NCBI RefSeq assembly: GCF_964355755.1 | Contig: NC_092674.1 | Span: 17,732,001 to 17,796,000, forward strand | Length of the DNA stretch: 64,000 bases | Reading direction: 5' to 3' | From: Antedon mediterranea | Taxonomy: Eukaryota > Animalia > Echinodermata | Shown here: positions 1 through 12,166 of the stretch, one piece after another | Position numbering within the stretch: the first letter of the stretch is position 1 | How the letters are laid out: each line of letters begins with the position of its first letter | Made by a program: the position numbers and the translations under genes | Notes under the pieces: generated by a model | The model's database searches: none | What the model was told of the DNA's origin: nothing | Seen by the model: the letters and a program-made list of their open reading frames with translations, nothing else

Positions 1-149
1 GCTTCTGATTCGTTGATTAAATATGATGTAATTATTTTCGCTAAATTAAAACAAATCGTTTCCGCGTTTGTATAGCGCCCTCAATTTGGAAAATATTTCA
101 GTTTTACCGATAGAGGGCTCACTACTTTATGTCGCTATGAAACAGCCGT

Positions 150-366
150 GTAACCAGATCAGGTTGTTAACATTTTCAAATCGTGTCCCATGGGGTTGTT
201 TTTTACCCATTAAGTCGGCCATGTTGGTTTTAATAAATTAACATTTTTTCGTATTTCTCAGGAACCAGAGGTCGTAGAAATATAATTTGGGTACCAAAGT
301 ACTCGGAATATGTATGTTTGTCCCATGGGACACGATTTGAAAATGTTAACAACCTGATCTGGTTAC
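150..366. repeat. Small MITE-like element with 45-bp perfect inverted arms
   Basis: gtaaccagatcaggttgttaacattttcaaatcgtgtcccatggg (150-194) is the reverse complement of 322-366. No TSD recognised. Confidence 0.75.
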
Positions 367-369
367 TAG

Positions 370-3300
370 ACATAAAATTTGGTAAATCGCACATTCTAGA
401 ATGTTTACTCGATGGTATATAAAGTTGGTTCGTACCTTCAGTACTGATTTAACCCTGTTTACTAATTAAATTGAGTTAGATAATTAGTTATTGACAATTA
501 AAATGAATTTAGGTTCAACGATTTGCCCCAAATATAGTAGAGCAGTTAACGCCATAAAAATAGCCAAGTTGTGCACTTTATTACCAAAGCATGAAACTTT
601 CCACAAAGTTTCTTTGATGTATATAGATTCAAAATATCGGGGGATGCCAAGTGTCCAACGTCCGGTATGGCGGCCATCTTGATTTCAAAATGGCCACCAT
701 AAAAACAAAAAGTGTTCATATCTTGGCAACTATAAACAGTAGAGACTTGATTCTGGTGTTAAATTGTTCACAAACCACATATTTCTATTTGCTCTAATGA
801 AAGGTTTCGTCCAAAAATGACCGGAAATGACGTTTCTTCCAGTTTGACCTTTGACCTCTTATCTGTATATCTCAGTAACTACTGATTATCTTATTTTACT
901 CTAATTACTTCTAATAATGACTACCAATTACTGCTTTATCTATGTTCACTTTAATATCTTTTTTCTATTTTGTATATATTCATTCATTATTATCTAAATA
1001 AATATTATCTGAAAATCTGAATCTCTCTTTCACAAGTGTCTATTCCCTCAGGCGTCGTAAAAACAAAATGGCAAGTACAATCATTCAGAAATGTTATCCC
1101 CTTTTTAAAAATCTGTGACTGCAGAGGTGGAATATCTGTACATCAAATCAACTTTGCAGTTCAACCACCACCTCTTCCCCCTTAATGTCATGAGTAGCGT
1201 TGTAAAGCCAGTACTTCTTATTTCTATTGATCAGACAGTTAAAAATATATAATTATATGTAACACTGAAAATGCTAATACCAGTAGATATATAATATATA
1301 TATTATATAATATTGCAAGACGTTGCAAGTAAGAAAACAATCCATGTTTGATACAAATTTCGAACATACCATGAAAAATGTCCATGTATTTCATTTTTGA
1401 AACAAAATTGTGAATATTCCGTGAGGCTCAACTACAAAACCACCATTTTGTGATATGATGTCATCGTAAGCCAATCAAAGCTGAGCTTTCCTGTGATGAT
1501 CGGCATTGCTCACGGTTGAATGGATTCTGGCTGATTTGATTTGATTGGTGGATGCGAATCACTAGCAGCGGAATGTTTTCTCGCGCATGTACCGTGAAGT
1601 CACTCTCTGATCGTTATTACACAAATTTAGAGCAATGAATTTGTCCGAATTCCGTTAAGTAAACAACTTTATATATTTTATAAACATTTAATAACATGTT
1701 ATATTGATATTTCCAATGATGATATATAAAATAAATTACTAAAAAACGTAATTATATCTTAATTATTTTAACCAAAAATGGCGTAGGTAATACAATTGTC
1801 GACTGTGAGGCCGCAAATTGTTTTATTTCTTTCGTGACTAAAACGATCATTTTCGGCGATGTTTTAGACCCTATTTCGAAAACTACAAGTCAGATTTTTT
1901 TAATTCTTTCTTTATTGTAATATTAATACAAAATACTAACAGATAATGTTTAATTTGGTTTTAATTTTGCATCGTTATCCCTATAAGACAACATGACTAT
2001 TAATTATGCAATCCTAGAACATATATTGATCACCACATGTACAGGTAATGACACTAATTTTGTCGGCAAATTGGCAATTCCCGTCCCCCCGACTTCAAAA
2101 TCCTGGATACGCCACTGGGAATGTGGCAGGCCGATACCATGCAATAGGCCTACAGACAATTCAAGTCTAAAGTTGATTTTTTTTTATTTAAAAATATCTC
2201 TTGATGGCAATTATATTTGGTTACATATTACATCATGTTTGACTGTATTCTCTCTATGTTCATTTTTACAATTTCCAGTTATTAACGCCAAAGTTCCTGT
2301 ATTCGAATTTCGAGAGCCTTCTTGGCAATTGCAAGCGCGTATGTATATATTTACTAAGGACGTAGGTTTTTATAGGACGTATTTTAGTTTTATTCGTATT
2401 TGTATTAAGGACATTTCAGTAAATCAAACATGAACTTTTTCTGAATGCTTTAGAAAGTGGGTTCATACTTTTCGTACTAAATTGTACCAGCAATTTAGTA
2501 CGAAATTTGTCCATGGTGTTTTATCATAAACTGTTTTACTACATTGCTTTTACCAAAACTGCGGTATCACATAACTTAATAGGCATAGTTATTTACCCTG
2601 AGTTAGTTGCTTTCATGAGCACAGTTACCGTTGGTGTGAACCAACTTACCTGTGTAAATAACTAAGTACCGTATGAATTGGCTCTAAGATACTAAACAAA
2701 TTAGGATATTCCTACAGTACGAAGGATCACATGCCCGCACGCGCATTTAAAATTTCAAAATGCGCAAAATTAATTTATAATCAACTTTCTACGCGTTTCA
2801 TTTCGTTTTAAGCATGTCAAAAATTCCCACGCGTGCGCACATTTTTACGTGTGCGGTGCGCACGTAGCATTGAAAACCTATTTTTTTCGCGTGATTTATG
2901 TTTTTCCAGCCTTTTCTAGTAATTTTACCAAATTTTAAACAATTTTGACTTAAAGATACTGTACGTCATACGAGCACGTCGAATTGGACAATTTGCGCGC
3001 GTTTTTTATGAAAAGGTTAAAAAATTCGTTTAAAATATGCCTTTTTTTAAACAGTCGTAATTTCTAAACTAGACGGTCAACTTTTTGTGGATAACATATT
3101 CTGAAAGTAGATGAGTTGTAGATCGGATCAGGTATTAATATGGCTAACCGGACATTGTGACGTCATCGTATGGCCACGCGAATATAAAATTTAGGATTTT
3201 TGTATCTTTCGTCATAGCTCATCACATTGAATAGAGCGCATCTCCACTTATCCGTTTTCCATTTTCACCCCGATTTTGATATTGTCTAGGTCAATCAACT

Positions 3301-4335
3301 ATCTTTCGCATGAGTTAAAAATATTTTAATTTTTTTGACGTCATCATGCCTAAAAATTTAAATCATGTGTGGCATCAATTTCATCTTTACAGTAAATTTT
3401 AATCTGTTATAGCTCATGAGAATAAAATGTGATAATCACGATTAAAACTTTTTCTGGAAGCTATTGGATTGTAGATACGAAATTATGTAAAAATGTTGCC
3501 AATCGGATGTTGTGACATCGTCATATGGCCAGTTAAATAAAAAAGGTCGTATTTTCATCTTTTGCGTCATAATTCATTACATTTAAAAGAGCGCGCATCA
3601 ATATTTCACGTATTCAAATTTCTTCTACACGCTAATACGTTGTTGCTGAGATAATTTCCTTTCGGAATTGCTACCTTCGCGTTTCATTTTAAAACCGTCA
3701 ACATGTTAAAAATTGCAATACATAGCGGGTCCCGTAATTTCACCTATTCTACACTGTATGTGATATGGATACAGATTATACTGTGTATACTATATATGAA
3801 TTTAAATAATAAAATTCAGCAATAACAACATATCATATTCTTCAGTTCAGGTCATAATGCCAACGTGAACACTTCCTTTTGTCCTCAACCTATCCCCTTA
3901 ATGTTAATGTTGCACCACTTGCGCGGCGGATAACCAAACTCGTCAAAGTGACGAGTTACATGTCTAGTTATTTATGGTGTTTAGTGGTATATTATTTGTA
4001 AAACATGAAAACAATTAATATTGGTTACTGAATGGATAAAGAATACATTTAAAAATTGTTCCTTTTTGCATCCTCTTCCCCATCCCTAAACCACAAATTG
4101 GGTTTGTTTAAATTTTACTGAAATTTGTTTTTATTTTGTGAAAAATGTCTATTTCGGAAGTAATTCCCGGGGTGCTAATTTTACAATAGTACATAAATCG
4201 CCGTGTCTATTTATTCATTCCTGTAAACGACATATTACTGTCCTGCGGTATGTATCGCCATTTTTTAAACTCTGAAATTACTATGTATTCGAGAACCATC
4301 TGTGGGCACGACCTAGATGGTATGCAAGAGAAGCA
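370..4335 (+). mobile_element. Fragmented copy of a Helitron-like non-autonomous repeat (family of 20235-21660), split by later insertions
   Basis: Blocks at about 370-545, 1030-1215, 2640-2690 and 3980-4335 match 21660->20250 in reverse-complement, colinear order. Confidence 0.6.
2728..3968 (+). mobile_element. Helentron-like non-autonomous element (HINE/DINE-1-like), 5'-truncated
   Basis: Ends gcggataacc-aaactcgtcaaagtgacgagtt (stem-loop)-acatgtCTAGtt. The body is the reverse complement of the units at 55535-61650. Confidence 0.75.
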
Positions 4336-5099
4336 ATCATAATTTACCATAAAACATACATTTAAGACAAGGAATGTTTAATGTTTTTAAAGTAATGCAT
4401 TATTTTTACAAAATGCAAAAGATTGTAGGGAATGAGGCTTTAATTCTAACAGGTTCATAAATTACAGTTTGTATCAAAATATTATTATTATACTGTATTT
4501 TTACTACCGTTTCTTCATCTTAATATACTATGCATACAGTAGTAAGTTTAATATAGGGCCTTTGTTTGGGCATGTTTTTTGTCACTGTTTTTGATAGAGG
4601 GCACTTTTCCGAACCTTCTCATTTACGAACTTGTTCATTTACGGATGTCTCTCAGACCAAGGGGTACATAAATGAGAGGGTCCACTGTCCTGAGTAAAAC
4701 ACTAATAATAAAATAAATGTTCATCCTGGGTGCATCCCAGGTTGACTTGATCCACATCACTTACCCACGTGGTTCAGCGACATCTTAACTTTTTGAGGAC
4801 AATAAAATTGCCATTTTCCCGTTTACGGAGGATGACTAGAAATAATGTATATAACCTTAAATATACAGTTCAAATTACACTTAAACATGGAATTTAAAAA
4901 AAACTCTAAATAATATTTGTACTTCTAATTTTAATCAAATCAATCAATCAAATCCATTTATGGCAACAAAGTAAACATTGTTGAATTTACAATTCAAAAA
5001 TAAATAAGATAAAACACAAGTAAATATTACAATATAAAATTACATTAAAATATGAAACAACTTGTACGATAAAATGTTATAAAACTATGTATATATATA

Positions 5100-5858
5100 C
5101 AGTCGACTCCGCCTAAGTCGAATCTAATGGGACCGGTATAAAAATTCGAGTTACGTGAACTTCGACTTACAGATTTGCCAAAAAAATGCTAGGCCTAGGT
5201 TCACTCACTAGCCGCGCTATGGCTAGGCCTAGTGGACCCTGCCCTGTCGCGATCGCGGCCCATGCGATGAGCCTTCTTGAATTGCGTTTGCTTAGCTAGC
5301 TAGCTAGGCCTAATAAATGCTAAGCCTCTTTATCGGCAATGATAAACTGTATTTTCTTTTATGGTTTAAGCCCGAAACAATACAAAAACGTATAATAAAT
5401 ACATTTCGGTTTTTATTCGAAATCGGTATCCATTGTTTATTGCCATCTGTCTATCACAAAATAGGTACCCACAAAACGCCGCTCAAGTTCTCAACTCTCA
5501 AACAACTCATACACTATACACTAGCGCGAGTTGTAGGACGCCGCCTATACTATACAACCTGCTTGAGAGAACCGATATGGTCCCACATTATCCCCTCGAA
5601 TTACGTACGTTTCATCGGCTTTTTTAGCGCGTTGTTGCCGCGTAATTTGTGACTTCGACTTATACGATATAAATCACTAAAGAATGTGTGTATTCGGACC
5701 GCAAAAAGACGTCGACTTAGACGAATTTCGACTTAGAAAAATTCGACTTACAAATAAAAATTACACAGTAATGTATAGGAAAGAATTGGGACTTTCCTAA
5801 AAATTCGACTTTCGCGATTTTTCGACTTACGCGAATTCGACTTAGGCGGAGTCGACTG
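5100..5858. mobile_element. Tc1/mariner (pogo/Tigger-like) MITE
   Basis: TIR CAGTCGACTCCGCCTAAGTCGAAT at both ends, flanked by TA within a (TA)n run; subterminal ttcgactta repeats. Confidence 0.9.
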
Positions 5859-6062
5859 TATATATATAAAAGGAATTAAAAATGTATTCATTTGATACGT
5901 GTTTATTTTTATTATTGTTGTTTTTCTTAGCTATTTATTGTAATTATGTAAGTTATTTAAAATCCAGTTACCAGGAGTCCCTACCAGAAAGAAGGGTTCC
6001 TCAGACCTCCCCAAGTCACGGAAACGCAAGTGACATGACAAACAGGTGAGGGAGCACCGACC

Positions 6063-7739
6063 GAATCACCATTCATGAGAAAGTCCATAGTTTATGATGA
6101 AGTTTCCTGATCTATTGGTTCGAGTGAAAGGTATGGCGTATAATTTATTGTGTCTTAGCAAATATTTTTGTTTGACTTGTGGTGAAAGAAGGTGATTCAG
6201 CCGGTGCTCCCCTGACTTAAGTTTTGTGAAATACTTTCTGCTCATCTCCAGCAATCGGTCCTTGAGACAGGGTAGCCTAAGGAATTCCCTTGCCTCCCAG
6301 TAAGGGACTCCTGGCAGTATACACCCCACTGCACGTTTTTGTAGTTTTTCGATGGAATCAGCCTGTTTGTTAGTTAAGCCAGTGTACGGGCAGGCATATT
6401 CAATAACTGATCTTATAACCGTACAGTAAAAATATCTTGGCGTGATTGACTTTTTCTAGTTCTACTACTTCATCAAGACAAGTGAACGTAAATTAGTTTT
6501 AACACGTTTACAACTTATCAACAGTTCTACAGTTTTCTTCTCATTAATTACCATATCATTATTACCGTATATTTTGGTGTATAAGTCGCACTTTTGATAC
6601 ACATTTGATTTGACCTCTAAATTAAGGGTTCGTCTTATACACCGAACATAAATGCCTCACCAAACAGATTGTACATATCGTCACCTCGTTGGCTAGGCCT
6701 GAGTAGGCTAGGCCTGAGTAGGCTAGGCCTAGCTACAGTGTACTAACCGTAACGTAACGGCAACCTGCTTCTGCCTAGTTTTCAAGGCATTTTAGCGTGC
6801 TGTTTGTTATACTAAATATGATGAAAAGATTTGTTCATTATGGAGCTGTTTTAGGCGCCCTGATAACATTTCATTTGTAAAAGATTACGATTGGAATAGT
6901 ATAATAGTTATACGCACGATCGTCGACCGCCGTACCCCCAGCGCAAGCCCTTCTTGGCGGCCACATGGTGTACGGTATTCGACTAGTGTTTTCTCCAGTT
7001 GATTATAGCATGGACCTATCGTACACACTTCTCAGATACATAGATATTAATCGAATACGATTATCCGTGAAAACGTGCGCCCTCTCGAAATGATTGAGCG
7101 AGGCTAGCCCACACACGTGCGTGTTACACACACGGTCATGCACTCGATGTTGCGGGTGCGAAACTCATGAATAACAAGTTTAGAAAGAACTTGTTGAGGC
7201 TGGGCGCGGCCGAGCCTACTGTAGGTAAGAAAAAACCTAAATAAAGGACGTCGTTGTAGATATAACAAAAAAATATATTATTACAATATTGATTACAATT
7301 TAAAAAAACCTTGTTTTGATGAAATATAAAGTGCGTCTTATACATCGACGATATATAAAAAATACCGATATTTTACTCCAACTTAGCTTAGGGGGTGCGT
7401 CTTATACACAGGTGCGACTTATAGTTATACACACTGCAATATACGGTAATACTAGACCAATCATATATGTTATCACATGCTATTTGCAAACTTCTACTGT
7501 TATTGGAGGTGATAGTTTCTGAAACAGTTGTGTCATCCATGTATTTAATTAATGGAAGGTTAACATGGAGACTATTAATGAACACTAGAAACAGGACTGG
7601 TCCTAACCAAGATCCCTGGGGTACACCTCCTTTGGGAGACAACCAAGAAGAAAAGTGTTTCCCTATTTTTACACGTTGGTAACGATTGCTTAGGAAGGAT
7701 TCAATCCATCTGAATAGAAATTCATTAACATTCATTCTC
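6063..7739 (-). pseudogene. L2-clade LINE RT C-terminal half, interrupted by a MITE
   Basis: GVPQGSWLGPVLF and YMDD in ORF 7388-7735. Reading resumes past the MITE (..NNDMVINEKKT) and ends in the L2-type C-terminus (HRLNHLL..RTNR) of ORF 6066-6329. Confidence 0.88.
6565..7446 (+). mobile_element. Tc2/pogo-like MITE, family 1
   Basis: Termini CCGTATATT...AATATACGG with TA on both sides; subterminal gtgcgtcttatacac repeats; further copies at 27608, 32349 and 27200/31165. Confidence 0.9.
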
Positions 7740-7845
7740 TAATCTTCTCTAATTCGTATTTTGTGGTGCTATTCAATATGGCAAAATGTTGTTTTATTTT
7801 GCTCTGAACCACATGAATTAAATCTGCTAAAATCTTTGAAACCGG

Positions 7846-10730
7846 GGATCAGGTGCCGTTTTCGGCCACCTCGACTTGTATGGACTATACCATTATAAAA
7901 AGATGGGAAAATAGGGGTGTCCCATTTATTAATTGAGTGTGTTAATGTGTTAAAATACTGCTGCTTTTGTTCTTTTGTTTAGTGCATTTGTTTCAGCAAC
8001 AAAGGGAAAACAACTACGCCCTGCATGCTGTAGAATTAATTTCAGTTTTCAAGTTAATGCAGTATATTATGGCTCTTTATTTCTATATAATTGTTACAGA
8101 TTTATAGATACAGAAAGTATATAAAGAAAGTTTTTATTCCAGTTACAAATAAAAAATATAATTTACCTAACGATAACACAGTTAGTACATTTAATAAAGA
8201 TGACAGTAGTACATTTGATAAGATCTATAACATACTGATTATTAGGTAATCAGTAAAACAAATAAACATTATAATTTTGTCATTGAATCTGTACCATTTT
8301 GTTCCCAGAAAACACAGCGTTTGACATTGCGTGTTTTTAGGTTTGGTTTTTCTAAAACGTTTTAAACACGTTTTTAAACGTTTCTGTGTAGAAATACATG
8401 TTCTAATTGAACAACGTTTGCATCAAAACGTTATAATAGCGAATGCAAAACGGAGCTGATAATGTCGCCATGAAGAGGATGATTGGTGTCTTCCTATATA
8501 GCATGGAATACATCGGTAAGCCGTTCGCTGTAGAACGAGTCAAGCATTTGCATAGACAAACCAATTACTTTCCACGCTCTACCCAGCACCTTCTCAATTC
8601 GGTCTTTATCCCCCTTACATTCCCTTACTGATATTCCTAGCCCAATACAATATCCCCAAATAGTTCACATCACTGATTAGTAAAACATAAACATTCTATA
8701 ATACAAATATCCTGCTTTACCCCAAAGAACCGAGTTACCTCAAGTACAGTAGTACAGCCTTGTAATTTACTTCTTAACTACGATCAACATGTCCACCCAT
8801 TTAAGCTTTAGTCAAACACTACTACTGCCAGATACTTATAATTGTTAACAATCTCTACTTCCTTTACTTTAATTAATGTATACTGTCAGACCAATTATGT
8901 TTTCGAAAATCAATCCTTATTTCTTTCGTTTTATTTATGTTTAGTTCAAGAAAATAAAAAATATGATTTATCTACCGCTACGATTAGAATGCATTTGCCA
9001 ACATTCTTTTACATATTTCACAACATTATAGAGTTTAGGTAATTTAACCGATTGTAATGTAGTATTTGGGATATTTTAATATCGATTGTACTGTAGTATT
9101 TAGGATGTTTTAATTCCGATTGTATTGTAGTATAACATTTTCTAATTTCGAATCGGATTGTACTAACATTTTAAATGTTTAAATCCAGACAGGAATAACA
9201 TAGGACTAGTATTTAATATGCTTTAATTTTGATTATACTGTAGTGTTTAGTTTAGTTAGTTTATTTCATAGGAATCACCTTTATATCGGTGTCACACATT
9301 TATCAGTTAATGGTGCATCCAATTTACAGACAAAATTACAAATAACATAAGCCACAAAGTTCTAAATACTAATACATACCATCAAAACAAAATGTGTTTA
9401 TTAATTAATTAGATCTGTATGAAAATACATAATATGTAAATGGTACAATATATATAACTACAAAAATAAAAACAGAACAACAAAAATACAGTATAGGCCT
9501 AAGAAATAAATAAAACTTACAGATACATCCTCATAGAGATGTCTGTAGCTTGTTTACTATATTAATCAATTAGTTGAGAGAGGTAATGCTGATAACATTG
9601 TAGATCTACTGTAGTAACCCATGATCTATTAGAGCCTTAAATATGATGTAGACACTTTTTTTTTGTAATGTTTTTGTTTTTGAGTTCGTGTTGTGTCCGT
9701 TGGATATTGTGCTCCGCCAACAGAGCAAACAGAATTTCTATGTTTTTCCTAAAACAAATGATAATAAATGATACTTGACTTGACTTTCATTAAATATTTT
9801 TTACAATAAAAATCAAAGATTTTTCCTAATGTTTCATTTTCAGTGAATAAATTGTCTAGCATAAAGTGTTGTTTTAATTCCTGAGATCCACAATTAAAAT
9901 TATCCCAGTTAGTACATACTTAATTATTGTCTAATGAAGGACATTTAAATAAAAAATGGTTTACTGTTTCTTTTTCGTTAGTACTACACATCTTACATAA
10001 TCCTGTGTTATGATTTGACCAGGATTGTCTACGACCCTCAAGATCTAGAGAGTTTGATCTTGCTTTAAATTTTAAATTGATACTCTTAAAATTAGTTTTA
10101 TCTAACAAATATTGTTCAAGGTTTGGAGTTCCTTTACAGGGAACATTTTCGCCAGTGTAGCGTAGCAAAAAGCTATACAAAACAACCTTATTGCTACACA
10201 TTTTGAAAATTGTGTAGCAAAAAATACAATACAAAACTATGTTTCTGGACTTAAAAATCAGTTTGATTAGCAATATTGCTAAACAAAATTTTTAAATGAA
10301 AATTTTCCCTGCTTTATACATAGTATATTCCGTTATCGTTGTTTTGCATGGAATTTCGTTTTGCATTGGGCCTTTGAAAACCACTCGTTATGATCAACTT
10401 GTTTATTATTTTTCCTAAATGGTTTTATCCAATTAGTAGATAGTTCTTCATTAAATTTGTCTATAAAATTTGTTTTATTTAAAATATCTTTAGTTAATAT
10501 AGTAATATTGTTACAAAATCTTGGCATTCCCTAACACAGTACCTAATAATAACATGCCTTATAAAAAGTACATGCATTGCTAGTTTTTGATGTTTTGTAT
10601 TGTTCCTTGTAGTTTGTGTTTTCCCATTCAATAGACGCCCTTCTGTACATAAAACATAATACACCACACCCCTATCATAATAATGGTATAGTCCATATAA
10701 GTCGAGGTGGCCGAAAACGGCACCTGATCC
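7846..10730. mobile_element. Non-autonomous DNA transposon, ~50-bp TIR with GG termini and 8-bp TSD (Merlin- or MULE-like)
   Basis: GGATCAGGTGCCGTTTTCGGCCACCTCGACTT.TATGGACTATACCATTAT at 7846 with its reverse complement ending at 10730. GAAACCGG is duplicated at 7838-45 and 10731-38. Confidence 0.88.
9840..10530 (-). pseudogene. Non-LTR retrotransposon C-terminal relic with CCHC knuckle
   Basis: LCKMC..ETVNHFLFKCP in ORF 9920-10273; adjacent degenerate segment at 10333-10527. Confidence 0.65.
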
Positions 10731-10881
10731 GAAACCGGGATATAAATTGTTCTTCAAAGTGGATGATATGATATATTAACTGAAAATAAGTACTAGTACC
10801 AAGAAATTTGTATCAAAAAGGATATATTTTGCGATATTCTGGGAGCGTCTTGCTAAGTCGGGGTAAATCAACTGGACCCAA

Positions 10882-11990
10882 GTGAAGCCTACAGTATCCA
10901 TACAGAGGAACATAGAGTCCTGGAAGCAGTGTGTAAGGGCTACAACCATGGCTGAAGGTAGGCCTACTACAAGAGGGAAGGCAAAGGATAGAAAGGATAT
11001 GGAACTGGAACCTAGATTTAGGCCTGCAGATGCTAGGCCTAGCCAACCTGAACAGGAAGCAACTCCACAGTCAGTTGAGGGAGCTTGTGCTATCTGTAAA
11101 ACCATCATAGGCGAAAAGGATAAGGGCATTACTTGTGACATTTGTAAGAGGTGTTTCTGCCTGAAATGTTCAAAACTCTCAAATAAAATGTATGCTCTCC
11201 TCTCTGACAGCGAAATAAAGAATTTTTTTATGGTCATGTGATACATGCCTTGTGCAGTTACCTTTGTTGAAGAAAATTGCAGAGATAAATGAATTGCAGG
11301 AAAATATGAATGCGAGATTAAATATTATGGAAAAAACGTAAAAAGATCAGGCGCTTAGAGCATCAATAACCAATAAAAACATTGAAGTCATTGAAAAAAT
11401 CCAGGTCGACACAAGAAATAATTTGATAGAATTAAAAGCGAGCTACGATCTAATGGATGGGAAAATTAAAGAGAGTGTTCAGGAAGGCATTGAAGAATAT
11501 AGAGATAGAGAATCTCGTAAATTAAATATTGTGATTGAAAATTCTACCTGAATCTGATAACCAAAGTTCTCAACAGAGACTGAAGGAAGACAGGGTTGCT
11601 ATTGAGAAATTATTCAATGAGTGTCTAGAGATAGAGGGAGTTAGTGAAATAACAGAAGTGATCAGGCTTGGGAAATACACGGAAGACGGGTGTAGAATGG
11701 CAAGAGTTTCATTGGATAGCCTGATAAGTAAAAGGGAAGTGATGGTAAATGCGAAAAAACTTAGAAGCACGGATCACGCATTTCTAAAGAACATATATAT
11801 TAATCCAGATAGATCAAAAAAAGAGAGGCAAATGAACTATGAATTAAGACAGGAACTAAGAACAATTGGAAAGATAACGGCGAGATTGATCTTGTTATAA
11901 GAAGAGGTACAATTGTGAAGCGAGATAGCGAACTGGCGTTTGATCGTTTTCGAGGCCATAGTTCATCATCATAAAGAATTTTGGAATATA
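10882..11990 (+). pseudogene. CR1 ORF1 (PHD finger, coiled coil, C-terminal domain), frameshifted
   Basis: CAICK..ITCDICKRCFCLKC motif, plus RLGKY and IYINPD motifs typical of CR1 ORF1. Confidence 0.8.
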
Positions 11991-12166
11991 GAATCTTTTT
12001 GTTTGGAAGAAAATTATTTTAACTTAGAAAGAAAAGTGAAACAAAAATTTATAAGAAGAAAAAATGTACAGAGGACAAGAAAAAACGTAAAACTTTTATA
12101 GAAGGATTAAAGCAGAAGAAATCTAGTTTAAGAAACGATGTCATTGTTGATTTTCATGAGAAGTCG

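Noticed and set aside
1993-2433. 146-aa ORF and most other short ORFs in the track
   Set aside because: They cross repeat boundaries or are antisense shadows of TE ORFs, with no domain motifs.
8443-8520. Candidate gephyrin first exon (…MIGVF… then GTAAG)
   Set aside because: It lies inside a TSD-bounded transposon within a CR1 UTR and lacks the V(G/A)(V/I)LT|VSD motif.
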